A DNA stretch of 48,595 nucleotides from a virus (taxonomy: Duplodnaviria; Caudoviricetes). How positions within the stretch are numbered: position 1 is the first letter of the stretch; the number at the start of each line of letters is the position of its first letter. Under the pieces are notes generated by a model. It saw nothing but the letters and a program-made list of their open reading frames with translations, did not search any database and was not told where the DNA came from. Positions 38,112-47,728 of this stretch are shown piece by piece. A program made the position numbers and the translations under genes. Location of the stretch: positions 1-48,595 of the IMG/VR virus record IMGVR_UViG_3300025034_000027; one strand, given 5' to 3'.

Positions 38112-38393
38112 TTATTGTGAGTTAACTAATAGGCCCTCTTTTAAGAGGGCTATTTTTATATTTTTTTCATACAATTTTTTCTTACCATTCTTTGGATTTA
38201 CTTTTTCAATAAACTCACTTTCTTCTAACAGTAGCATATGTGTAGACAGTTTAGTTAAAAATAAACTATTGTGTAAACTTCTTTTGTTCAGTATAGTTTT
38301 TAATTCTATTACGTCTGTCATACCCCAATCAGCAAGATAATTATGCACAAATACAACTTCTTCATGCGTTAAGCCTGAACATTTCTTTCTCAT
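38112..38393 (-). CDS. hypothetical protein
   Basis: ATG and RBS directly follow repeat element copy 3. Confidence 0.5.
   Translation of the reverse strand: MRKKCSGLTHEEVVFVHNYLADWGMTDVIELKTILNKRSLHNSLFLTKLSTHMLLLEESEFIEKVNPKNGKKKLYEKNIKIALLKEGLLVNSQ
38128..38157 (+). terminator. terminator at the convergence of the two arms
   Basis: GCCCTCTT-TT-AAGAGGGC plus TATTTTT. Confidence 0.75.
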
Positions 38394-38425
38394 GGTATTC
38401 CCTTAAAATAGATTCTTATAGGTTT

Positions 38426-38515
38426 TCTACAGTCATTGACTAAACAAATTATATACAATAATGAATATACGAATATCACCTAAATATAATCTTTATCAGT
38501 CAATGACTATTTAGA
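38426..38515. repeat. 90-bp double-dyad hairpin element, copy 3
   Basis: Dyads at 38431 and 38498; 38406-38526 identical to 41666-41786. Confidence 0.95.
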
Positions 38516-38518
38516 AGA

Positions 38519-38986
38519 TTATTTATACAATGAAGTATTATATTTATCAAAGTTTAATTCAACGAGTCTTTCAAGGTGTAAATGTGGACCAGTGGACTTT
38601 CCTGTATTACCAACATAACCAATTATTTCGCCCTCTTTAACTAAGTCACCTTCATGGATAATTGTTTTAGATAAGTGTGCATACATTGTTATGCCTTCGG
38701 CATCCATTATTCTTATCATTCCACCGTATATTGGATGTCCTTTGTAATAGCCATTTGGCGCGGGCCAATGGTCAATAACAATACCAGCAAAGCATGCACG
38801 TACAGGTGTTCCTTCTTCTGCAGCATAATCAACACCTCGATGAAAACCTACTTCACCACCACTCGATACTGTTGGGTCTCTTCTAAAGCCAATACCGGAT
38901 GTTTTAATAAATGGGCCATCTATCGGATTAGATATACTTTGTAGCCCCATTGCAACCATTAAAAATAAAACAATAAATCTTTTCAC
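38519..38986 (-). CDS. secreted M23 family metallopeptidase
   Basis: Signal peptide; HRGVD, YAHL and STGPHLH zinc motifs. Confidence 0.9.
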   Translation of the reverse strand: MKRFIVLFLMVAMGLQSISNPIDGPFIKTSGIGFRRDPTVSSGGEVGFHRGVDYAAEEGTPVRACFAGIVIDHWPAPNGYYKGHPIYGGMIRIMDAEGITMYAHLSKTIIHEGDLVKEGEIIGYVGNTGKSTGPHLHLERLVELNFDKYNTSLYK

Positions 38987-39001
38987 TATGTACTCCTTAT
39001 T

Positions 39002-39400
39002 TTATAAGAGTAATGCTTTTAAGACACTACGATTATTTATTAGGTCTTTTGTTTCGCATAAAAAATATCTGGCCAATTCTTTTTTGGCATAACATTCAAA
39101 AATATTTAGTTTATTCATTACATACCAATTATCTTTTATTGTTAACAATAAAAAATATTTTTCGCTTACTTTTTTGCAATATTTATTATACCAATTAAGT
39201 TGCCCTGGACGCCAAGGTATTTCTATTATATCATATCTTGGAACTTTTGTCAACTCTTTTAATTCAATCCAGCCAGATATTTTCCTATATCCATACCATA
39301 TATCTGGTATACCTATACCCGTATCACCAGACTCAATTGGCTGAAACATTATTTCTGGCAATAAAGCAAGTAGTTCTTTACGCATATACTTTTCTAACAT
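39002..39400 (-). CDS. VRR-NUC/Holliday junction resolvase-like PD-(D/E)XK nuclease
   Basis: IES..GIPDIW..WIELK..RPGQLNW. Confidence 0.75.
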   Translation of the reverse strand: MLEKYMRKELLALLPEIMFQPIESGDTGIGIPDIWYGYRKISGWIELKELTKVPRYDIIEIPWRPGQLNWYNKYCKKVSEKYFLLLTIKDNWYVMNKLNIFECYAKKELARYFLCETKDLINNRSVLKALLL

Positions 39401-41286
39401 AGTAGTTTATAAGTCTCCTTCGGGTCAACATATTCTGTTAAGTCTGCCCAGTCGCTTCCAAGTTCCATATCAGCAATAATAGGTACTTTTAGGTCTACAC
39501 AAGTTTCCATTATATGCTTCATTTCACAAAATGCATCAAGGCCTTCTTTAGTCTTTGGAACAGAAACATCTATTTCATCATGCACAGTAATATGTGGTGC
39601 TAGTACATCAAATATACCAGCTTTGAATATTTCGTACATACCTTTTTTCATCAAGTCTGCTGCTGAACCCTGAATCAATCTACAGAACATTGTATATGCT
39701 TTGTTAGGGTCAAGTAGTCTTGAGCGTCTTTTAAGGAACGTTCTAATATAACCACGTCTTTTAGCAACATCTTCAACAGTACGAATAGTTGCTTTGATAA
39801 AAGGTGCATGACTATGATATATATTAAGTGTTGCATAACAATAATCAAGTTCCCACTGAAAGAATTCAGCCATATGCTTTGCACCCATTCCATATGCTAC
39901 ACCAAAGTTTAGGTTTTTGGCATATCTTCTTTTAAGTCCTGTTAAGTCCACAATATACTGATGATAATCTGTACGCGGATTAGCATTATATTTTGCTCTT
40001 ACTTCTTCTGAACCTTCTCCTCTTGCAAAGTGTGCCATAAAACGATACTCAATTTGTGAATAGTCAATCTTGCCCCACCAGCAATCATCGAATGGTATAA
40101 AACATTCACGCGATAATCTACCATAATATTCATCAACACCAATAGAAGGTATTTGTTGAAGATTTGGATTTGCTGAAGAAAATCTACCAGAGCGTGTGCC
40201 ATAATCATCAGTACGCATATTATAGAAGCTACAATGAATTAAATCATTGTCGCTTACAAACTTTACAAGACTGCCATCAATAAAAGTATTTAATACTTTA
40301 TCTGCTCTTTTTAGTTCACTTAAATCTTTGGCAAGTTGCATACCTACTTCATCATTATAAGGTTGTCCATCAGGAAATGTTGCTTGACCCTTGGCTACTT
40401 TTAAAAGATAATCTCTTGGTATAGATGCATTACCTTTAACTGTTGTTGGATACGGAATACCACTTTCATCAAACAAAAAAGCAAGATGCTGGGTACTTCT
40501 ATAATTAAAATCGAAGCCAGCATTTTTTGTAAGCTTTGTTTTGTAGTCGTATATTTTCTGTTCTAATTCTGCTGCATTTTTGTCTCTTACATTAGTTGAT
40601 ATTCTTACGCCTGTTTTTCTAAAAAGTAGTAGTGCCCATGTCAAGTCACACTCTAATTCCATTAAAGGTAACAAATCTTCTTTTTCAAGTAATGGCTCTT
40701 GAACATGCCATACTCTTACAGGTAAACCAATATCTTGCATAACATAATCGTATACCATATAATGTGGCATCTTGTATAGCCATTTTCTTGCATCACCTTT
40801 TAAATTATTTATTGCACAGAATTCTTTTATCTCAGCATCATTTTTGCCTTCATCAAAATATTTCTTGCCCATAAAGTCAAGTGTATATTTGCCTTGATTT
40901 TCATCAAGTAATGCTTCTGCAATTCCTACGTCTATAATTTTACCTTTTATTGGTAATTGACACCAATTTATAAGCCAGTCTAAATCATACATAAGTCTTT
41001 GACCAATTAACAAAGTTGATTCACTTATTTTGCTAAACTGTTCTCTTAAGTATTTTAAATTTGTTTCTCGTATATTCTGTGTACAATCATAGTGGCCGAG
41101 GTTAAGGTACATTTTATTGCCATGCGAATCTTCAATACCAACACCAAGAATATAACCATTTGGATTTTTAAAATCTAATGGTATACTTCTATATACTCCT
41201 GGGCCACCTTTCTCTAAATCTGGGTCAAAGGTTTCTATATCTATTGACAAATATTTGCTAGAGTTTAATTCTGGATATTGCTTCAT
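39394..41286 (-). CDS. polA: family A DNA polymerase with 3'-5' exonuclease
   Basis: SIDIET (ExoI), SGRFSSANPNLQQIP, DYSQIEYR (A), RRYAKNLNFGVAYG (B), VHDEID (C). Confidence 0.95.
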   Translation of the reverse strand: MKQYPELNSSKYLSIDIETFDPDLEKGGPGVYRSIPLDFKNPNGYILGVGIEDSHGNKMYLNLGHYDCTQNIRETNLKYLREQFSKISESTLLIGQRLMYDLDWLINWCQLPIKGKIIDVGIAEALLDENQGKYTLDFMGKKYFDEGKNDAEIKEFCAINNLKGDARKWLYKMPHYMVYDYVMQDIGLPVRVWHVQEPLLEKEDLLPLMELECDLTWALLLFRKTGVRISTNVRDKNAAELEQKIYDYKTKLTKNAGFDFNYRSTQHLAFLFDESGIPYPTTVKGNASIPRDYLLKVAKGQATFPDGQPYNDEVGMQLAKDLSELKRADKVLNTFIDGSLVKFVSDNDLIHCSFYNMRTDDYGTRSGRFSSANPNLQQIPSIGVDEYYGRLSRECFIPFDDCWWGKIDYSQIEYRFMAHFARGEGSEEVRAKYNANPRTDYHQYIVDLTGLKRRYAKNLNFGVAYGMGAKHMAEFFQWELDYCYATLNIYHSHAPFIKATIRTVEDVAKRRGYIRTFLKRRSRLLDPNKAYTMFCRLIQGSAADLMKKGMYEIFKAGIFDVLAPHITVHDEIDVSVPKTKEGLDAFCEMKHIMETCVDLKVPIIADMELGSDWADLTEYVDPKETYKLLC

Positions 41287-41653
41287 TTTTTGTCTCCCTT
41301 ACTTTCTTTGCTACAAGATAACATTCATCAGTACAATATTTTTTAGCATGATGTGTTGTTGTAAATTCTTTGCCACATACTGCACACTTTCGTATACCTT
41401 GTTCTTTTGGTTCATAGCATGAATTCTGAAATATGCGACAGCATTCAACACAGCAGTATTTCTTTTTACTATCATTTGTTTCAAATTCTTTGCCACAATT
41501 TCCACATATTTTTTTAACCATCGGCTTTTTGACATATCTGTATTTTTTTTCATAAACTATTTCTCTGCACTTATTGCTACAGTACTTTTGAAAAGGTCTA
41601 TACTTGACAAAAGTCTTTCCACAGCATTCACAGTGTCCAATTCCATATTCCAT
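41258..41653 (-). CDS. triple zinc-finger repeat protein
   Basis: 3 x CxxCGK.F...KYCxxxC; no nuclease domain seen. Confidence 0.75.
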   Translation of the reverse strand: MEYGIGHCECCGKTFVKYRPFQKYCSNKCREIVYEKKYRYVKKPMVKKICGNCGKEFETNDSKKKYCCVECCRIFQNSCYEPKEQGIRKCAVCGKEFTTTHHAKKYCTDECYLVAKKVRETKNEAISRIKL

Positions 41654-41685
41654 GGTATACCCCTTAAATAGATTCTTATAGGTTT

Positions 41686-41775
41686 TCTACAGTCATTGAC
41701 TAAACAAATTATATACAATAATGAATATACGAATATCACCTAAATATAATCTTTATCAGTCAATGACTATTTAGA
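41686..41775. repeat. 90-bp double-dyad hairpin element, copy 4
   Basis: Dyads at 41691 and 41758; identical to copy 3. Confidence 0.95.
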
Positions 41776-41778
41776 AGA

Positions 41779-42078
41779 TTATTTATGCTCATTATTAAGA
41801 TAGAATATTTTTAAACGTTTTAATTTAAACTCTTTCATAAATGGCACGAGTTCATTATTAGAATCAAAAAATCTTTTTAGCTGTTCTAATACAATTTCAC
41901 TATCTGCTATTTCTTCGCAAATCTTTTTAGAATTAGTATAAGAATCATCACGCATGTACTTTGTTAATTCTTTTGTTAATTCAGAAAATTCTTCAATAGC
42001 AACACATAGTTGGTGTACTCTACCTTTTTTAGTTTCTAATAATTCATATAACTTATCGCATTCAACTTTATTTAACAT
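41779..42078 (-). CDS. MazG-like nucleotide pyrophosphohydrolase
   Basis: IEEFSELTKEL..EEIADSEIVLEQL. Confidence 0.8.
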   Translation of the reverse strand: MLNKVECDKLYELLETKKGRVHQLCVAIEEFSELTKELTKYMRDDSYTNSKKICEEIADSEIVLEQLKRFFDSNNELVPFMKEFKLKRLKIFYLNNEHK

Positions 42079-42081
42079 TTG

Positions 42082-42717
42082 TTATTCCTTATCAATAAAA
42101 ACATCTTGTCTTTGGCCAAAGTCATATTCTATATCTTCAACAAATATAGGCATATTTATTTTAAACCAATTATATAATTTGCGCATACATTCAGTCATTT
42201 GTGGATGGTCTTTACCAAATATTCTTATTTTAAGTATACTTCGCCATTCTCTTAAATTAGTCGTCATAACTAATTCTGTTTTCATTGCCAATGGTAACAT
42301 TGCCCTTGCTTGCATATGGCCCTCTTTACAAGCAAAATAATTATCTTCAATAGTCTTAAGTTCTTTTGTATACTTAATAAAATCTTTTACGCCCATTTGG
42401 TGAATAAATGTAAGCTCTTTTTTCTTTGCATAATTTATATAATGGGTACTTTCTTGTGAAAATGAACAGTGCCTATGTCTTACAAGTGCATTTGCTATCG
42501 CTCTGTCAGTAATAAACCTAAATGTTAAACTGACATGTTCTAATACAGATTCATGACCACTTTTAATAAGTGCTCGTATAAATCTGTGTGTAGTTTCATC
42601 AGTTATTTTAGCTTCTGATTTATAGCATACTCTTCCTGCAAGTTCAATGATTCTTGCATAATCTGCATACCAATTACTTGGCGTAAGACAGATGATACTT
42701 TGTTTAATAATTTTCAT
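42082..42717 (-). CDS. thyX: FAD-dependent thymidylate synthase
   Basis: GHESVLEH, RHRHCSFSQES (RHRx7S), TNLREWR. Confidence 0.93.
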   Translation of the reverse strand: MKIIKQSIICLTPSNWYADYARIIELAGRVCYKSEAKITDETTHRFIRALIKSGHESVLEHVSLTFRFITDRAIANALVRHRHCSFSQESTHYINYAKKKELTFIHQMGVKDFIKYTKELKTIEDNYFACKEGHMQARAMLPLAMKTELVMTTNLREWRSILKIRIFGKDHPQMTECMRKLYNWFKINMPIFVEDIEYDFGQRQDVFIDKE

Positions 42718-43189
42718 AATTCTGCTCCTCAGTATTTATTTGGTCTTCAATATAGCGAATATCTGTTAAGTTTATAAGTTTACTTTCAATAAACAAATAT
42801 GTATACAGGGCATTTAATTCTTTTATTGGTAGCCATTTATCTTCTTCTTTAAGTACAACGTTTTTTATATCTCTATAAGTACAAAGAACAAGTGTATGTT
42901 TTTGCATATTGACATAGTAAATATAAGAAAGCAATCTATCTGAATCTATATAAGTATCACGTTCAAGTACTGTTGAGTATACATATTCAGATATTATAAA
43001 ACTTCTATCCATTACAACATCATGATTTCTAAGTATAAGCATTTCTTTTGATGCTTCGCTTATAAAATCATCTTCTCTTTTTGGCTTAGTATAATTATGC
43101 ACATAAAAATAGTCTGGATTAAGTAACAACCAATTTTTAGCAAAAGTAGTTTTTCCTGTGCCATCAACACCTTCAATTATCGCGCTCAT
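42704..43189 (-). CDS. dNMP/thymidylate kinase-like P-loop protein
   Basis: IIEGVDGTGKTT..MDRSFIISEYVY. Confidence 0.8.
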   Translation of the reverse strand: MSAIIEGVDGTGKTTFAKNWLLLNPDYFYVHNYTKPKREDDFISEASKEMLILRNHDVVMDRSFIISEYVYSTVLERDTYIDSDRLLSYIYYVNMQKHTLVLCTYRDIKNVVLKEEDKWLPIKELNALYTYLFIESKLINLTDIRYIEDQINTEEQNYENY

Positions 43190-44614
43190 TTATTGCTCCT
43201 TTAGTATGTCAAGTGATTCAAGTAGTACACTGTAACTATATTTCGTACTTGGATATATAATGTGTAAATTATTTTTAGCTCTTGTACAAGCAACATATAA
43301 GCATCTTAATTCACTATCAGAAAATTCGGTAACATGTTTATATACTGTTCTTGTTATGTCCATTAACAGTAATACATTATCTGCTTCGCCTCCTTTAACA
43401 CCGTGTATAGTGCTCACTAATATTTTTTCATCACCTAATTCTACTTTATTTTTAATTAGCTGCTTGTAATAAAATGCTTCATCAGGTGTTAAGCTTAACG
43501 CTTCAAACCAAGATAATCTATGTATATTAACAATATCAAGTCTAAGATATTGTCGAACATATATAGCATCTTCTTCATTTAATAAGCCAGTCTTGAAGGC
43601 TTCAAAATTATTTATTGCTCTAACAATATTCTCATTGTATGATAGTTTATCTTTAAATTTATAAACTTTGGCTTGCTTACGTAATTCATCAGTATATACG
43701 GACAAGTGATAATTGTTACGCCCTAAGCAATAATAAGTTTCATTTTCTTTAAAGTCAAAATTTTCTACTGTATTATGAAAAAATATACCTCCACCATCTT
43801 CAATAGGTGCAAAATTCTTAGCTACTCTTTCAGAGATTAAGCTTGTTATTCTTTTACTAAAATCTAATAAATTCTTTTTCAAACGCCAGCTTTTATCAAG
43901 AATTATTTTTTCGCCAGCAATACTTAGAAACTTATGAACATCGGCACCTGTCCATTCATAAATTGCTTGGTCATCATCACCTGCAATATATATTCTTTTA
44001 GCATTCCTAAATAGAACGTCACAAACATCCCATTGTAATGTTGTCAAGTCCTGTGCCTCATCAATAATAGCAACATCAATATCTAAACTATTACCTTGCT
44101 TAACAACTTTTGTTAATAAGTCTGTAAAATCATACTTGCTAATATGCTCTTTAAAACGTTCATAATTATTTGTCACGTGCTCAAGGTCATGCAAATTTAT
44201 ATCAATTGTTTCAAGCATTTGTTCATAAGCTTTTGGATTATTTTGTTTCAATAAGTGTAAGTGTAAATATCTATCATCACTATGATAAAACTCTTCTGTG
44301 TAATAGCCAACAAAACGCATGCCCATTGCATCTGAAAATACTTTATAGTCTTTGCGACTCATAATATCACTTCTTGATACTCTAAGAACTTGAAAGCATA
44401 TTGCATGAATTGTTTTGAAATAATTAAATGCTTTATTTGGATAATCAAATAATTCACGTGCTCTTGATAGACCTTCTTCTGCACCTTTTTTAGTAAAAGA
44501 AACATAAGCTATTCTTTCTGGCGATAGAAGTCTTAATTCTTGTTCAAGTATAGTCATTAGTTTTCTTGTTTTGCCACAACCTGGGGCACCAAATATTATT
44601 TCTTTATATTGCAT
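43190..44614 (-). CDS. UvrD/Rep-like SF1 helicase
   Basis: GAPGCGKT, IDEAQD, GDDDQAIY, STIHGVKGGEAD, YVACTRAK. Confidence 0.92.
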   Translation of the reverse strand: MQYKEIIFGAPGCGKTRKLMTILEQELRLLSPERIAYVSFTKKGAEEGLSRARELFDYPNKAFNYFKTIHAICFQVLRVSRSDIMSRKDYKVFSDAMGMRFVGYYTEEFYHSDDRYLHLHLLKQNNPKAYEQMLETIDINLHDLEHVTNNYERFKEHISKYDFTDLLTKVVKQGNSLDIDVAIIDEAQDLTTLQWDVCDVLFRNAKRIYIAGDDDQAIYEWTGADVHKFLSIAGEKIILDKSWRLKKNLLDFSKRITSLISERVAKNFAPIEDGGGIFFHNTVENFDFKENETYYCLGRNNYHLSVYTDELRKQAKVYKFKDKLSYNENIVRAINNFEAFKTGLLNEEDAIYVRQYLRLDIVNIHRLSWFEALSLTPDEAFYYKQLIKNKVELGDEKILVSTIHGVKGGEADNVLLLMDITRTVYKHVTEFSDSELRCLYVACTRAKNNLHIIYPSTKYSYSVLLESLDILKEQ

Positions 44615-44616
44615 AT

Positions 44617-46230
44617 CTAAAATTCCTTATTATCCTCTTCATAGTCTTTAAATTCAATAGCAAAATCATTACCACTAATTGGCAAGTAATCTCTATCAAT
44701 ATCTGCAGCGCGTATTCCTGTAAGTCTTAACTGTGCACTAACTTCATCACGACATGTAAACTTAAATGTTTTCAGGTCTCTTAATAAACCATGTATTTCT
44801 GCAACACTATATAGTTTAAAACCTTTTATGTCATAAACAAAATCTATTAAATCTTTTGCTCTAAACAAATATACTTGTTTATTTGTATCAAAGAATACAC
44901 GCTTTGCTCTTATTTGTTGATACGATGTTGCCATTGCTCTGCCTGTCAAAAACTCATAAAATAAATTATGAAAGCGCATAAGTGGTGAAGTATCATCTTC
45001 TTTAGCGACTGCTTCTATTTTTAAGTCTGCTAAAGCTTGATTTACTAATTTAAACCATTCTGTTTGCTTCATTTTAAAAGGCAAAAATCTAAGTTCTCTT
45101 AAGCATAATCTTAGAAATGTATCTTGCTTTATAATTTCATCTTCATTCTTAAAGCGTAAACGTTTAAATGGTTCAAGTTCTTGAGCCTTTACCTCCCATT
45201 CATAATATGGCGCTGCTGCAGCAAATTGAACCATATTACCAAATATAAGATTTGAAAAATAACCACCATCTTTGCCAATACCATATTCTCTTGATTGACA
45301 TATTTTCTTGTCGCAAAAGTCTACGCATGGACTGACAGTACACTTATATGTATAATCTTTACGTCTTAATGATGCAAGTATTGTTGTTTCTAACTCTTTA
45401 ATAGATAATGGTTCTTGCATAGTATCATTTATTTCTACTAAATTTGTTTCAAAATAATTTTCATCTTTCTTTTTAAGATATACACCACAAGAAAATAGAA
45501 AATTATTTCTGCCATTATTTATATCAAGTTTATTCAACATTGTTATTGTTTGAATACAAGGTGGTGCATCTGAATAAGGCAATTCTTTTAACTGCGTTTC
45601 AAACATATCTACTGTCGTAACTTTGTCTTGAATATAGTTTAAGCCATCATTCAAATTAAGTATTTCACCATTACGTATTGCTGCTTGCTGTGAATTAAGA
45701 CCACCAAAATATGGTATGTTAATCCAATTGCCTGTTTGCCCTGGAGCAAGTTTCAATTGTTTAGGAAATATTTCTAAACTTTCATTCTTAATTTGTTTTA
45801 CTAGTAAACTTATGCCAAATACTTTTGCTGTTTTTTTGAGTAATGATTGTGCACTTGCTACACTTACAAACTGTCTAAAGAATACATATATATGCAGTCC
45901 TTTTGACTTACTATAGAAAGGTACTAGTGGTAAATTGTATCTTTCTATAGCAGACAAATAAGGCATTAAATTTTTGTCATATATATCTATATCTATTACA
46001 GCAAACTTGCACTTTGCATCACTAGTTATAGGCACAATACCAAGACCTTTTTCACCTTTTAAATGTGCCGCATATAAATCTTGTGTAACTAACTTATCTG
46101 TTACTGTTGTATTTGTACCTTTTTCTTTTTCGCCCTCTTCTGACAAGGCATACATATGTTGTCCATATGCCTTTTCATTGCCAGAAAATAATGCTTGAAA
46201 AGTATTAAGCTGCAATGGACTAATTGACAT
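44617..46230 (-). CDS. archaeo-eukaryotic-type primase with PriCT-like domain
   Basis: HLKGEKGLG..FAVIDID..SKSKGLHIYVF; PPCI..GRNNFLF. Confidence 0.8.
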   Translation of the reverse strand: MSISPLQLNTFQALFSGNEKAYGQHMYALSEEGEKEKGTNTTVTDKLVTQDLYAAHLKGEKGLGIVPITSDAKCKFAVIDIDIYDKNLMPYLSAIERYNLPLVPFYSKSKGLHIYVFFRQFVSVASAQSLLKKTAKVFGISLLVKQIKNESLEIFPKQLKLAPGQTGNWINIPYFGGLNSQQAAIRNGEILNLNDGLNYIQDKVTTVDMFETQLKELPYSDAPPCIQTITMLNKLDINNGRNNFLFSCGVYLKKKDENYFETNLVEINDTMQEPLSIKELETTILASLRRKDYTYKCTVSPCVDFCDKKICQSREYGIGKDGGYFSNLIFGNMVQFAAAAPYYEWEVKAQELEPFKRLRFKNEDEIIKQDTFLRLCLRELRFLPFKMKQTEWFKLVNQALADLKIEAVAKEDDTSPLMRFHNLFYEFLTGRAMATSYQQIRAKRVFFDTNKQVYLFRAKDLIDFVYDIKGFKLYSVAEIHGLLRDLKTFKFTCRDEVSAQLRLTGIRAADIDRDYLPISGNDFAIEFKDYEEDNKEF

Positions 46231-46238
46231 TCTATACC

Positions 46239-46874
46239 TCAGTTATACATATTAAAGACTTTCATATAAGCTACTTTTAGCTTGTTATCTTTGCGTAAAA
46301 ATTCAACAACAGACTTAAGCTTGTCCATTACTTCTTTTTCAAGCTCTGCAAAAGAATATACATGATAGCTAATTCTATGCACATCTGTAAGTAGACCAAG
46401 ATTATTGAATTCAAATACAATATATTCGAAGTCAGCTATCTTTTCACAAAGACAATATACTTTATGCTGCCAACCACTAAGATAACTACCTTGTCCACGA
46501 TAGTTGCCTGTAGTCTTAATATCTATTATTTTATTTGGCAACTTTACGTCAATCTTACCATACAAAATAAATTCTTTATTATCAAACATAACAAATTTCT
46601 TTGCTTTGGCTTGAAAATTACTATCTGGCGAATGAATCTCTTCATATGCAGCATTAAACTTGTCTGTTAAATCAGCATCGATTTCATACTTTTCAAGTTT
46701 CTTATTACACAATGCATCTTCAAAAGCCATTCCACGTTCAACAGCTGGATTGCTTGTCCATTTTCTATTCAACATATTAGATAAGTCTATATATGCTTTT
46801 TCTTTCCATGAAGGCGGACACTTGGCAAGCCAATCCATGCTATTCCATAATGTTGGTGTCATCAATAATGCCAT
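46239..46874 (-). CDS. PD-(D/E)XK exonuclease
   Basis: RGMAFE..YGKIDV..IIDIKTT..WQHKVY. Confidence 0.75.
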   Translation of the reverse strand: MALLMTPTLWNSMDWLAKCPPSWKEKAYIDLSNMLNRKWTSNPAVERGMAFEDALCNKKLEKYEIDADLTDKFNAAYEEIHSPDSNFQAKAKKFVMFDNKEFILYGKIDVKLPNKIIDIKTTGNYRGQGSYLSGWQHKVYCLCEKIADFEYIVFEFNNLGLLTDVHRISYHVYSFAELEKEVMDKLKSVVEFLRKDNKLKVAYMKVFNMYN

Positions 46875-46893
46875 TTTAACTCCTTGTTAAAGT

Positions 46894-46925
46894 AAAGTGA
46901 GCCACTTTTACATGGCTCACTTTTT
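46894..46925. terminator. terminator hairpin after SSB-like gene
   Basis: AAAGTGAGCCA..TGGCTCACTTT. Confidence 0.7.
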
Positions 46926-46927
46926 GT

Positions 46928-47668
46928 TTAAAGTTCGTCGTCACCAATTTCGTATGAAGTATCTTCACTACGTGTTTTTGGTCCCTCTATTTGAGCATAG
47001 TCTGCAGAGCGATTTGGCAATGCCTTTCTTTCGCCTGTTATAAGAGCATACTGCTCTTCATTGATATAGTGGTCAAACTTAATAACAGGTGTGTACCACT
47101 CATTCTGACCTGATGTTTTAAGCTTAGAGCTTATATTGAAAACAAGATAGTAAGGCATCGCCCTCTTATTGCCATCAATATAGTGTGTTGTCATTATTTT
47201 ATTCCATTCTTTCGCTACTTTAATACCTGTAGACGACATTGAATAAACAATAACACCTTCATGCTCATGACCTTCAATAATACCAAAGTATGTGTAATAC
47301 TCTGTTAAGTCATTGCCTGCACCTGTTTTCCATTTACCAAATGTTTTATCTGCAGCAATTCTCTCTGCATTTTCAGGTGTGTGCATCTCAACAAAACCAC
47401 CACGATTTGGTTTCCATTCAATATAAATACGTTCAAATTTAAGAACGATAAAATTGAAGCTTGCTCCATAGATTTGTTTCGTAGTGCTGTTAAAAAACTC
47501 ACCAAGTTTTAGGTCTTTTATGTAGGCATCCTTCTGTACCTTGACCTCAGGAGATAATTCCTGTGCCAATTTTAGAAACGGTATGGCAACCGTACTTGCG
47601 TTGATTCCCTCAAACCCGTCGAGTGCATCCTCTGCTGCGTGGATAAACTTTAATTTTTCATCTGCCAT
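46928..47668 (-). CDS. putative ssDNA-binding/annealing protein
   Basis: IPFLKLAQELSPEV..YIEWKP pattern, acidic tail; ATG 47668 after GGAGG. Confidence 0.6.
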   Translation of the reverse strand: MADEKLKFIHAAEDALDGFEGINASTVAIPFLKLAQELSPEVKVQKDAYIKDLKLGEFFNSTTKQIYGASFNFIVLKFERIYIEWKPNRGGFVEMHTPENAERIAADKTFGKWKTGAGNDLTEYYTYFGIIEGHEHEGVIVYSMSSTGIKVAKEWNKIMTTHYIDGNKRAMPYYLVFNISSKLKTSGQNEWYTPVIKFDHYINEEQYALITGERKALPNRSADYAQIEGPKTRSEDTSYEIGDDEL

Positions 47669-47728
47669 TTTGCTGGCCTCCATTTGCGAATCTTACTCGC
47701 GTTATTTATAAAGGTAATTAACAATTAC

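Noticed and set aside
41258-41653. Homing endonuclease next to polA
   Set aside because: Only zinc-finger repeats; no HNH or GIY-YIG motif; polA has no intron or intein
41779-43189. Modified-base biosynthesis pathway
   Set aside because: ThyX, kinase and MazG are ordinary nucleotide-supply genes; no PurZ, queuosine/dpd, glycosyltransferase or methyltransferase seen
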